Positions 1 to 7,620 of a stretch of 46,903 nt of DNA are shown here, piece after piece. The translations under genes were made by a program, and so were the position numbers. The notes under the pieces were generated by a model. The model searched no databases. It was not told the origin of the DNA and worked only from the letters and a program-made list of their open reading frames with translations. The DNA is from a virus: IMG/VR virus record IMGVR_UViG_3300045988_041451, one strand, 5' to 3'. The number at the start of each line of letters is the position of its first letter. Position 1 is the stretch's first letter.

Positions 1-95
1 ATTTTTTTTGACTTTACAGGCAAAAATACCGGACCTTCCGCGCCCCGCATTCGTGGCCCCCTGCGGAAGTACCTTGCGCCCTGCCGCCATCGTTG
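1..95. repeat. Direct terminal repeat copy 1 (identical to 46809-46903)
   Basis: Base-by-base comparison: attttttttgactttacagg...gccgccatcgttg is identical at both ends of the window. Confidence 0.97.
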
Positions 96-112
96 CAGCA
101 GTCGCAGGACAC

Positions 113-147
113 AAAAACAGGGAGATCACCTCGTCAGTGTCTCCCTG
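113..147 (-). terminator. Intrinsic terminator ending the early/regulatory leftward transcription unit
   Basis: Perfect 8-bp stem CAGGGAGA (118-125) / TCTCCCTG (140-147) with a 14-nt loop. On the minus strand it is followed by TTTTT (117-113). Confidence 0.55.
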
Positions 148-240
148 TGCTCTCGCTCTTGTACTATGTGGTGCGGTCACGTTGCTTCGCTCTCACTCGT
201 CCGCTTGTCCATGCTACCATCATAGCACACTTGAATGTCT

Positions 241-480
241 CATTGTGTCTCATGTTTCTCTCTGCCCTGCCTCTGCTCCCTGTCGTGTCTGTCCACTCTG
301 CTCCTCCTGTGTGTCCTTGCCGCCCTCTCGCGCCTCCTGCCGCCGCCTCCGTCTCCTCTGCTGTCTCTGCTCTCCTGTCCTTCTGTACTGGCTCTCACTG
401 CCTCCGTGCGCTCCACTGCCTGTCCTTTGCCTCTGGTTTCTCTTGTCTGCCCTGCTATGTATGTACTGCTGCCGATGCTC
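241..480. other. Adenine-depleted CT-rich low-complexity tract inside the non-coding gap between the late regulator and terS
   Basis: I count 10 A in 240 nt and none in 296-386 (91 nt). Short degenerate repeats occur: CTCTGCTCC at 271 and 296, CACTGCCT at 395 and 414, TGTCCTT three times. All six frames are open because stop codons cannot form. Confidence 0.8.
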
Positions 481-693
481 CTGCTCTGATCTCCTGCGTG
501 TCAGAGTCTGACACCTGCATCTGCTCCGGCTCTCTGATCTGCTCCCGATCTGGCCATCTGATATTTCCAGAAAAGAAAACGGCAACGAATACCCCACCTT
601 GTTTTTTCGTGGTTCTCCGCTGCCGTGAGATGGATGTGTTGTGACCTGCTCCATGCAGATGCGATGAAGGCGGCTCCTGCTGCCGTGCGTTCA

Positions 694-1359
694 TCATGTC
701 CTCTGTGTCTTCATTCCCTTCTTCTTTCTGCGATCAATTCTGTCCGCATTGCTAACCGCTTTTACTTTCTGATTTTCCTGAAAATATTTTCCAGATTTGT
801 TTCCCGACTCTATACCCCCACTTTGTTTTTCAGGGGATTTCTTCAGCATCTTCCATTCCTTGTCCAACTTCCAGTCCGTGTATGCTTCCTCGTTCTCCTC
901 GATCATTCGCTCAATGCGTCCCTTATTCAGCAACATCTCAATCGCTTTGTTATATCTCTTGTTGCACTGGCTCCGTGACATCGGGATGCTCTCCTGAATA
1001 TCCTTCCACGGTTTCATGTCGATGTGTCGCAATTCGCAGATTTCTCTTTCCAGACTATCCTGCGGCAGATAATCCAGAATGTCCATCACGCGGACGATTG
1101 CTTTCTCCACTTCTTCCTTCTGTGTGTAGATTCTCTCCTCGATGTCTGACATCTTCAGGATGATGCTTGCTGCTCCATTCCCTTCTCCTGAAGACGATCG
1201 TGGCAGTGGTCTATATCCGACACCACCGATCGGAGCGTCCCTCTCTTCCGCAATCCTGACCAGCCTCTCGTCAAGCTGCTTCTTTCTCTTCTCTGCCCGG
1301 TAAATCTGGCCGAGCATCCATTTCAGGACATCCGCCTTCTCGTTGTTCGTTGCATCCAT
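694..1359 (-). CDS. Putative late-gene transcriptional activator (sigma-70 region-4-like HTH, DUF1492/RinA-ArpU-like position)
   Basis: 221 aa with an AGGAGG RBS. The C-terminal LPQDSLEREICELRHIDMKPWKDIQESIPMSRSQCNKRYNKAIEML resembles a sigma region-4 HTH. It is the last gene before the packaging module on the circular map. Confidence 0.6.
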   Translation of the reverse strand: MDATNNEKADVLKWMLGQIYRAEKRKKQLDERLVRIAEERDAPIGGVGYRPLPRSSSGEGNGAASIILKMSDIEERIYTQKEEVEKAIVRVMDILDYLPQDSLEREICELRHIDMKPWKDIQESIPMSRSQCNKRYNKAIEMLLNKGRIERMIEENEEAYTDWKLDKEWKMLKKSPEKQSGGIESGNKSGKYFQENQKVKAVSNADRIDRRKKKGMKTQRT

Positions 1360-1364
1360 CTCTG

Positions 1365-1661
1365 TTACCTCCTGTTTGCTTTACTCTTTCTTTGCCGCCT
1401 CTTCTGACGCTTTTCTTCTCTCCTTGCCTGCATTTCCCTGATTGCCTGAATCTGTTCTTCGTCTGCCCTTTTCTGCTCCTCTGTGTACTCTCTTCTTGTC
1501 CTGCCGTCCTTTAGCTGGTAATGGAAGTACAGGGCCATCCCGACGATGTACAGTGCCAGTGCTGCGACTGCCAGAAGAATCAGAATGAGCACTCCCCAGC
1601 ACACTGCTTTTATCACGCTTCTTTTCCTCCTTTCGTTTCTTCTCCCTCTGTTTCTCCTCAT
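1365..1661 (-). CDS. Small membrane protein (one TM helix, basic coiled-coil tail)
   Basis: 98 aa. Hydrophobic segment VIKAVCWGVLILILLAVAALALYIVGMALYF. No clear RBS. Confidence 0.45.
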   Translation of the reverse strand: MRRNRGRRNERRKRSVIKAVCWGVLILILLAVAALALYIVGMALYFHYQLKDGRTRREYTEEQKRADEEQIQAIREMQARREEKRQKRRQRKSKANRR

Positions 1662-1708
1662 GTGTCAGATGCCCGACAGCACAACTCGCCGTCGGGTCTG
1701 AATATCCT

Positions 1709-2374
1709 TCATGATTCTTTCCTGTTCTCACTCCTTCTCCTCCTCTGGTTCCGTTCTGCTCGCAGTAACTGCTGCCGTCTCACCATCGGAATCCCTTTTC
1801 GTCTCCGGCCGTTGTTGGTCATGAGTATTTTCATGAGTCTCTGTGCTTTGACGAGTTCAGTTGTGATAATCCTGCTGCTGTCAATGATGTTCTGCTCCAA
1901 CTGCTCCGCCGTCCATCCGGTTTCCTGTTCCAGTTCCTGAACTGTCATTCCTATCGCTTCCGCCCATCTCTGAACGAACGGAGTGTCTGACTCTTCTTTC
2001 GTCTCTGCTGCAACCTCTGCCTGCAACTCCATTCTTTCGCGTACCTGTTCGGTTGCTTCTTCCAGTGATGCAGATGTCTCTGTTGTGACCTTCAGGATTG
2101 CTTCTGCCACTTCTTCGTGTGGCTTCCCTGTCATCTCTGCGATCTGCTTTGAACCTGCCTCGAATCTTTTCAGACGTTCCATTTCTGCTTGCGAGGTGAT
2201 AACCGGGGCCATGAGTGCTGATTTCTTTTCCATCTCCTCGATTTCCCTGTCCATTTTCTTTGCCCTCTCGATGTCTTCCTCTGTTGCGATCATCGGTGTC
2301 AGAACAGGAGTCTCCTCTGCTTTCTTTCCTGTGATTTTCTCTTTAATCCACTTTGCTGCGTCTCTCAATCTCAT
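1709..2374 (-). CDS. Hypothetical acidic protein
   Basis: 221-aa ORF on the operon strand with an AAGGTGA RBS. No recognisable motif. Confidence 0.6.
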   Translation of the reverse strand: MRLRDAAKWIKEKITGKKAEETPVLTPMIATEEDIERAKKMDREIEEMEKKSALMAPVITSQAEMERLKRFEAGSKQIAEMTGKPHEEVAEAILKVTTETSASLEEATEQVRERMELQAEVAAETKEESDTPFVQRWAEAIGMTVQELEQETGWTAEQLEQNIIDSSRIITTELVKAQRLMKILMTNNGRRRKGIPMVRRQQLLRAERNQRRRRSENRKES

Positions 2375-2397
2375 CTCTTCACCTTCTTTCTCGCCCT

Positions 2398-2829
2398 TTA
2401 GTTGAAAGGCGGTAACTCTTCGCCGTCTGGAATGTTCATGAATCCGTCATCACCTGTCATTCCGTACTGATCGTCGTTCCGGTTCTGGTTCTGTTCTGCT
2501 GCCGCCTTGCTTTCTGCGAACTCAATGTCACTGACATAGATTTCTGTGGTGTACACCTTTCTCCCTTCCCGGTTCGTGTAGCTTCCTGTTCGGATTTCTC
2601 CCTCGACGATCACCTTTGTTCCCTTGTGCGTGTATTTCTCCACAAACTCCGCCTTCTTCCCGAAGGCAACGCACGGAATGAAGTCTGCGTTCTGCTGATT
2701 TCCCTGTCTCTGTCCTCTTCTGTCCACGGCGAGCGTAAATCCTCCCACCGCTGTCTGCTCCGGTCCGTTTGAATACCGGATTTCCGGCTCCCTTGTCAGG
2801 CGGCCCATCAAAATTGCTTTGTTCATCAT
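2398..2829 (-). CDS. ssb: Single-stranded DNA-binding protein
   Basis: N-terminal MNKAILMGRLTREPEIRYS OB-fold signature, a Gln/Asn-rich linker and an acidic C-terminal tip DGEELPPFN. Confidence 0.9.
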   Translation of the reverse strand: MMNKAILMGRLTREPEIRYSNGPEQTAVGGFTLAVDRRGQRQGNQQNADFIPCVAFGKKAEFVEKYTHKGTKVIVEGEIRTGSYTNREGRKVYTTEIYVSDIEFAESKAAAEQNQNRNDDQYGMTGDDGFMNIPDGEELPPFN

Positions 2830-3011
2830 CTTCTCCTTGCTATTTTCTTGAAAAACTCGCTGATGTCATTGATTGCCATTTTCAACACGGTCATAATCGT
2901 GACCAGAACGATGATTCCGATCACGATTGCAACTCCTAACATGAACAGGCCAATCACTGCCGACACGCTTGCTCTTGCGATGTCCTCCATCAGTAGTGCC
3001 AGCTTGTGCAT
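2826..3011 (-). CDS. Small membrane protein
   Basis: 61 aa. TM segment AVIGLFMLGVAIVIGIIVLVTIMTV. ATGA overlap with ssb. Confidence 0.55.
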   Translation of the reverse strand: MHKLALLMEDIARASVSAVIGLFMLGVAIVIGIIVLVTIMTVLKMAINDISEFFKKIARRR

Positions 3012-3012
3012 C

Positions 3013-3150
3013 TCATTCCCTCCTCTCCATCAGCTTTTTCAGCAGTTGTTCGTGCATTGCTTTATATGCAGAGCACTCCGCCTCTGATCGGATTGTGCTC
3101 TCCTGCTGCTTTTTCAGTTCTTCTCGAAGCATCTGGTTCTCTTCGGCCAT
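3013..3150 (-). CDS. Possible 45-aa coiled-coil ORF (below the ORF-track cutoff), or a frameshifted C-terminal extension of the mazF-like gene
   Basis: My translation is MAEENQMLREELKKQQESTIRSEAECSAYKAMHEQLLKKLMERRE. GGAG lies just upstream of the ATG. This frame stays open upstream as far as the G9 tract at 3219-3227. Confidence 0.3.
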   Translation of the reverse strand: MAEENQMLREELKKQQESTIRSEAECSAYKAMHEQLLKKLMERRE

Positions 3151-3202
3151 TTTCTCCGATTCTTCCTTGCTTCTGTCCTTCACGCTGCTCTGAATCTGCT
3201 GT

Positions 3203-3622
3203 TCAGATTTCCGCGAGGCCCCCCCCCGATTGATTTTCGGCTCCTGCCAGTTTGATTCCGAGTCCGATCAGGAGTGCAATGTCAATCTGCTCCATTTCCT
3301 TCTCTGATGCCTTACCGACGAAGTTGTTGATTCTCTCCACAGACACCGGAGTCGGCTGTTCGCATAATGCCTCTGACTTTCTTCCGGTGCTCCTGATCGT
3401 AACGTGCGTCGGAAGGTCTTTCTTCGGTGCTGATGTCAGGAAAACCACTTCGAGCACATCGCTGTGCTTGTTGTTCGCATCGCAGGAGACGATCACCGCA
3501 GGTCTGTCCTTTTTCATCTCACTTCCGACGTGTTCCTTGCTTGCGTTGTTGATGTAATAGATTTCGCCTCTTCTGTACTGCTGCTCTGTCTCTGTTTCTT
3601 TGAATCCGTTTAATAATGCCAT
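3203..3622 (-). CDS. mazF: MazF/PemK-family toxin endoribonuclease
   Basis: It aligns by eye to B. subtilis EndoA/MazF. Shared segments are RRGEIYYI, GSE..KDRPAVIVS, LPTHVTI, ALCEQ and EMEQIDIALLIGLGI. Confidence 0.85.
   Translation of the reverse strand: MALLNGFKETETEQQYRRGEIYYINNASKEHVGSEMKKDRPAVIVSCDANNKHSDVLEVVFLTSAPKKDLPTHVTIRSTGRKSEALCEQPTPVSVERINNFVGKASEKEMEQIDIALLIGLGIKLAGAENQSGGGLAEI
3219..3227 (-). repeat. C9 (plus) / G9 (minus) homopolymer at the 3' end of the mazF-like ORF
   Basis: Counted directly: c at 3219-3227, the Gly-Gly-Gly codons just before the stop at 3203-3205. Confidence 0.95.
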
Positions 3623-3636
3623 GTCAATTCCTCCCT

Positions 3637-3873
3637 TTAGTTCGTCAGGTTGTTTTTCCCTGACGGAAGCAACAATTTTAACAGTTTCTCTTCCTTCTCG
3701 TTCTGCTCTTGCGAACCTTTAAGCATTGCCGCCGTGTAACTGGTTGTCAGTTGCAGTGACAAGCCGATGTCTCCGCCTGTCTGCTTCATAAATTGCTGAA
3801 ATGCCATGAAGTGCATCTTCACTGCCTGTTCCATCGCTTCCAACATCTCTTCGTCACTCATTTTCTTCGCCAT
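3637..3873 (-). CDS. Hypothetical helical protein upstream of mazF (candidate non-canonical antitoxin)
   Basis: 78 aa immediately 5' of the toxin gene. No AbrB/RHH motif recognised. Confidence 0.5.
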   Translation of the reverse strand: MAKKMSDEEMLEAMEQAVKMHFMAFQQFMKQTGGDIGLSLQLTTSYTAAMLKGSQEQNEKEEKLLKLLLPSGKNNLTN

Positions 3874-4468
3874 TGTCTTCCTGCTCCTCTCTGTATGGTT
3901 CCGGTAATGGCTGCCATGCGATAATTCTCAAAACTCTCCAACCGCTCGAACCATTCACGAACCCTGACCACTCGCCTCTCCATGTGCAACTGATGCCTAC
4001 CGTCTGGAATAATCTCTGATAGTTCCCGAACCGGAAATACTCAAACCACACGAGCACATCTTCGCCTTCCTCCGGCATCCGGTCTTCTGACCGAATCCAT
4101 CCGCCTCTGTATTCCGGTGCTGTTTCAATCTCTTTTCCTTCTTCTCCGAACCGTTCCCTGCCTATCCGGTTGTACTCATCGAATATCCTCTGGAACTCCT
4201 CGTCCCATCTTTTTCCGAGGCCTGTTCCCTCGCCTGCTGCCACATGAGCCAGTTCATGCGCGAATATCTCTGTCGCATCCGTGATGCTCAATTCTGCGCT
4301 GATTGCGATGACTGGTGTCTCTCCTTTGCTGAACTGCGTGAACCCGAACACTCGGTTTCCTTCATCGTCTTTTATGCTCGGTTCAATGCAGGCTTTGTAT
4401 TTCTTGTCTGGATAGAGGCCCCGAAAAGCCTCATCCAGAATCGCGAATGGTGAATTTATAAAAATCAT
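3854..4468 (-). CDS. HExxH metallopeptidase-like domain fused to a DUF551-like C-terminal domain
   Basis: The start was moved to MIFINSP, which has an AAGGAGG RBS. HELAH motif in FAHELAHVAAGEG. The C-terminus ...AWQPLPEPY is typical of phage DUF551. Confidence 0.65.
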   Translation of the reverse strand: MIFINSPFAILDEAFRGLYPDKKYKACIEPSIKDDEGNRVFGFTQFSKGETPVIAISAELSITDATEIFAHELAHVAAGEGTGLGKRWDEEFQRIFDEYNRIGRERFGEEGKEIETAPEYRGGWIRSEDRMPEEGEDVLVWFEYFRFGNYQRLFQTVGISCTWRGEWSGFVNGSSGWRVLRIIAWQPLPEPYREEQEDNGEENE

Positions 4469-4478
4469 GTTTTCCTCC

Positions 4479-5891
4479 TTATGCTCCGTACTGCATAGCA
4501 GGCTGATCTGCATACTCTGCTGCATCTGCTCCTGCCTCTTTCGGAATCTCCTGCTGCCGGATGCCTACGACGCAATATCCGTCTTCCAGTGCTGATGATG
4601 TTCCTGCATCGTCCATGCAGACGATTTCCAGTGTCAGTTCTCTTCCGGTTGCTCTGCCCTGCATAAATTCAAGTGCGCTCACGATCATTCCGGTTCTGAT
4701 CTTGTCATTTTTCAGAATCAGGTATGGTCTTCTTCCGGCGATCACATCCTCGAAGGTGTCCGTGGAGAGCCTGATGTACTCCTTTTCCTCCTTGCTGTCA
4801 GACGGAAGATTGTTCATCTTCTCTTCCTGTTCCTGCTCGCGCAGCTTTCTGGCCGTCTCTTTGTCGATTGCTGCCTGCTCCTCATCGTACCTCTGCTCGT
4901 CTGTTTTCTCCGCCTCTGCCTTGTTGACGTACTGATCGCAGTTCTCGCAGGTTCCTGTCTTCACGTTGCAATCTGCGTATCTCTGGCAGGAGTAGCACAA
5001 CGATGTGATGCTCTCTGGATGCGCCTGCTCCCACTCTTCCTCCTGCTCCTGTTCTTCTTCCTGATCGGACTCTTCTTCGTCCTCCGGTTTCTCATAGTCC
5101 TTCGTATATTCCATCTGTCCCGGTAACGTGTCAGACTCTGACACATCTTCCGGCTCTGGCCGCTTCGCTTCTCTGACCTCTTTCCATGTCGGGGCCTCGC
5201 CCTCTTCATGTGCCTTCAGCATCTCCTCCTGATCTTCTTTTGACATTCCAGAGAGTTCGTATGCAGCAGAGAACGTCAGCTTGCCTTCTTTCAACTGCTC
5301 CACGAACTCCGGCAACAAATTACTGTTGATTCCATCAATCTGTGCCACCTTCGTTCCTGACAGTTTCATAATGTTCGCCACAACATCTCTGATCTTCTTT
5401 CCATCCAGTTTCATTCCCTGAAGTGTCAGTCCGTGCTCTTTCATGTACTGCAAGGACTCTTTCAGCTTCTGCGCTTCTTCGAGCTGATCTTTGATGTTCT
5501 TCGTTCTGTATGAGTTCGCAACGATGATCTGCACCATCTCCTCGTGTTCTTCGGCAGGTGTCAGAATCTGACACGTTGCCACCTCGAACTCTGAATACCC
5601 TTTTTCGAGCAGAAGGTTCAATGCTCTCCATCTCATTTCACCAGAGATGATTCTGTACTCTCCTTTCTCGCAAGGGTCATATGTAACTGCCATATTCTCA
5701 ATCAGTCCCACAGCAAGAATGAGGTTCGACAACTCCTCAATATCCTGTCTGGAATAAAAGTTCATGTCATTGCTGTACATCTTTTTCACGCTGATGTCTC
5801 TGGTTCTGAACCGTGCCTTCGGTCTTTCTTCTGCTGCCGCTTTGCTGTTCCGGTTGATTGCGTCCATAACGCTCCATCCTGCTGCCATCAC
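4479..5891 (-). CDS. ParB/Srx N-terminal domain protein with Cys cluster and DUF3850/ASCH-like C-terminal domain
   Basis: ParB box YRIISGEMRWRALNLL. An acidic linker follows, then CYSCQRYADCNVKTGTCENCDQY. The C-terminal YIRLSTDTFEDVIAGRRPYLILKND...CVVGI is PUA/ASCH-like. Confidence 0.8.
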   Translation of the reverse strand: MMAAGWSVMDAINRNSKAAAEERPKARFRTRDISVKKMYSNDMNFYSRQDIEELSNLILAVGLIENMAVTYDPCEKGEYRIISGEMRWRALNLLLEKGYSEFEVATCQILTPAEEHEEMVQIIVANSYRTKNIKDQLEEAQKLKESLQYMKEHGLTLQGMKLDGKKIRDVVANIMKLSGTKVAQIDGINSNLLPEFVEQLKEGKLTFSAAYELSGMSKEDQEEMLKAHEEGEAPTWKEVREAKRPEPEDVSESDTLPGQMEYTKDYEKPEDEEESDQEEEQEQEEEWEQAHPESITSLCYSCQRYADCNVKTGTCENCDQYVNKAEAEKTDEQRYDEEQAAIDKETARKLREQEQEEKMNNLPSDSKEEKEYIRLSTDTFEDVIAGRRPYLILKNDKIRTGMIVSALEFMQGRATGRELTLEIVCMDDAGTSSALEDGYCVVGIRQQEIPKEAGADAAEYADQPAMQYGA

Positions 5892-5955
5892 TTATCCTCC
5901 TTCGTCTCTGTATCTGATGACTTATCCACAATATCCACATTCACTGACGGGATAA

Positions 5956-6324
5956 CTACTCCTTCAGTACCACCTGAATCTGCTTCAGTTCCTTCTGGCT
6001 TGCTTTCGCAATGTCCAGATGCTCGTCCGATGCTTCCTCGTCGATGTATTCCTGAATCAGTTCTTTCAGTTCCTCCGGGTCAATCACGATCTTCAGGTGC
6101 TTCACCATTGCTTCTCTGACCAGCTTTGAGCACTGCTTGTCTGTCAGGTCCCTTTTGTTGTCAATCTCCTTCAGTGCTTTGTCATATGCTTCTGTATCGA
6201 ATCCGTAGCAGTTCATCAGTTTCTTTACAAACCAATCGCTCCGTTTCTTCTCCGTCTCTGCTTCTTCTGCCTTCGCTCTTAACTCATCCAGCGTGTCCAG
6301 ACTAATCGTTGCCGTTCCTTCCAT
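5956..6324 (-). CDS. Hypothetical protein
   Basis: Start placed at MEGTATISL, which has an AGGAGG RBS. 122 aa, helical and acidic. Confidence 0.55.
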   Translation of the reverse strand: MEGTATISLDTLDELRAKAEEAETEKKRSDWFVKKLMNCYGFDTEAYDKALKEIDNKRDLTDKQCSKLVREAMVKHLKIVIDPEELKELIQEYIDEEASDEHLDIAKASQKELKQIQVVLKE

Positions 6325-6583
6325 GCCGTTTGCCTCCTTTCTGCTGTTGCTTGATTCTTCGTCTGATCTTGTTCTTCCATTTCTTCCTTGTCCGTTTCTT
6401 TCTTGCGTGTCTTGCGAGGTTTCTCCATTTCTTCGGGATGTCATCCTCTTCTGCTGCTCTATACAGGCCAAGAGGGAGCACCATCGGAGGCCAGCGGTCC
6501 GCATAGGCCAGACCGCCGTTCACCATCATTCCTGATATTCCTGCCATGCTGCCTCCTCCGCTGAACCATCCTCCGAACATCAT
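6302..6583 (-). CDS. Hypothetical Gly/Met-rich protein with a highly basic tail
   Basis: 93 aa. A GGAGGG RBS overlaps the ParA stop. The composition is odd, so this could be a non-coding spacer. Confidence 0.4.
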   Translation of the reverse strand: MMFGGWFSGGGSMAGISGMMVNGGLAYADRWPPMVLPLGLYRAAEEDDIPKKWRNLARHARKKRTRKKWKNKIRRRIKQQQKGGKRHGRNGND

Positions 6584-6586
6584 CCT

Positions 6587-7366
6587 TTATCCCTCCATGT
6601 CTTTCAGCAACTCTTCTGCTACTTCTCTGTAATCCTTTGCGACGATTCCGCTCTTTGAGAACTTCGGCAGAGGTACGCGCTCCATTGTTGCCTTCTCTGC
6701 CACGATCGAGCGTCTGATTGCTGTCTGGAAGCAATCCTGACCGGATGACGCTTTCAACCACTCCTCAACCTGAAGACTTGTCATGTTCTTCTGACGCATC
6801 GTCATGAGCAGCTTCATCCTGATGTCTGGATTGAATCCTCGCAGGTCTTCCAACTGCTCCTCCATGTTCACGATCGCCTCGATCTCGAACCCTCCGACCT
6901 TCACCGGAAGAATCACGAGGTCTGCTGCCACCAGAACATTCGTCACTGTCATGTCCATCAGGAGTCCGCAGTCTACGATGCAATAATCGTATCTGTCCTG
7001 AATCTCTTCCATCGCCATCTTGAAGCGGAGAATCTGGTTGTCCTGTTCCAAGAGGAGCAGTGTCATGTTCGTTCTCATCAAGAATCCGTTTGCCGGAATG
7101 ATACTAATGTTTTCGTATGGTGTCTCGTCAATCAACTGCTCTGTGCTATATGTACCACCGATCGCCCGGTGCTTTTCTAATAACTCCGACATTCCGATGC
7201 CCTGCGGCTCGAATCTGCCGTACAACATTGAGATGTTCCCCTGCTGATCTGCGTCAGCGATGAGCACTCTCTTTCCATACTCTACTCCGAGGATGTATGC
7301 CAGCGATGATGCTGTCATCGTCTTTCCGACTCCGCCCTTCTGTGTCATAACTGCAATAATTTTCAT
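6587..7366 (-). CDS. parA: ParA/Soj-family partition ATPase
   Basis: Deviant Walker A MTQKGGVGKTMTASSLAY. DADQQGN and VDCG motifs. 259 aa. Confidence 0.9.
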   Translation of the reverse strand: MKIIAVMTQKGGVGKTMTASSLAYILGVEYGKRVLIADADQQGNISMLYGRFEPQGIGMSELLEKHRAIGGTYSTEQLIDETPYENISIIPANGFLMRTNMTLLLLEQDNQILRFKMAMEEIQDRYDYCIVDCGLLMDMTVTNVLVAADLVILPVKVGGFEIEAIVNMEEQLEDLRGFNPDIRMKLLMTMRQKNMTSLQVEEWLKASSGQDCFQTAIRRSIVAEKATMERVPLPKFSKSGIVAKDYREVAEELLKDMEG

Positions 7367-7620
7367 GATGTGTGTCCTCCTGTTATCAATTTCAATTTTC
7401 TTCGCAAGCGTTCTGCGTGTTCATTCGTCACGATATACTCTCCGCACTCCTGCCTCCACATATCCTTGTGCCTTGTGTCTCCGTCGTACCATCTGCACTC
7501 ATCGCAGACGAAGCAAGGTTCTTTTGCTTCTCCGGTACAGTTGTCTATCGTTTCCACGTTGTTCGCACAATGGTTGCAGAGGCATCTTCCGCACGGAAAA
7601 GCGCAATCACTTCGTCTCAT
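7363..7620 (-). CDS. Cys-rich hypothetical protein
   Basis: 85 aa with 12 Cys (CAFPCGRCLCNHCANN...CFVCDEC). ATGA overlaps on both sides. Confidence 0.6.
   Translation of the reverse strand: MRRSDCAFPCGRCLCNHCANNVETIDNCTGEAKEPCFVCDECRWYDGDTRHKDMWRQECGEYIVTNEHAERLRRKLKLITGGHTS

Noticed and set aside
8-654. Long overlapping ORFs in all three plus frames (8-511, 93-644, 235-489) and a minus-frame ORF (250-654).
   Set aside because: They exist only because the tract is almost free of A (plus) and T (minus), so stop codons cannot occur. The translations are Cys/Leu/Ser/Pro or Arg/Gln/Glu low complexity with no RBS. I treat them as non-coding.
455-697. 80-aa minus-strand ORF whose ATG forms an ATGA overlap with the late-regulator stop.
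   Set aside because: The coupling is suggestive. However, the sequence is compositionally odd and has no motif, and it lies in the biased region. It is left uncalled. Proteomics or conservation could rescue it.
1381-1731. 116-aa minus-strand ORF overlapping 1365-1661 in another frame.
   Set aside because: It is a highly basic low-complexity translation. It starts inside the upstream gene and has no RBS. The alternative frame encodes a plausible TM protein.
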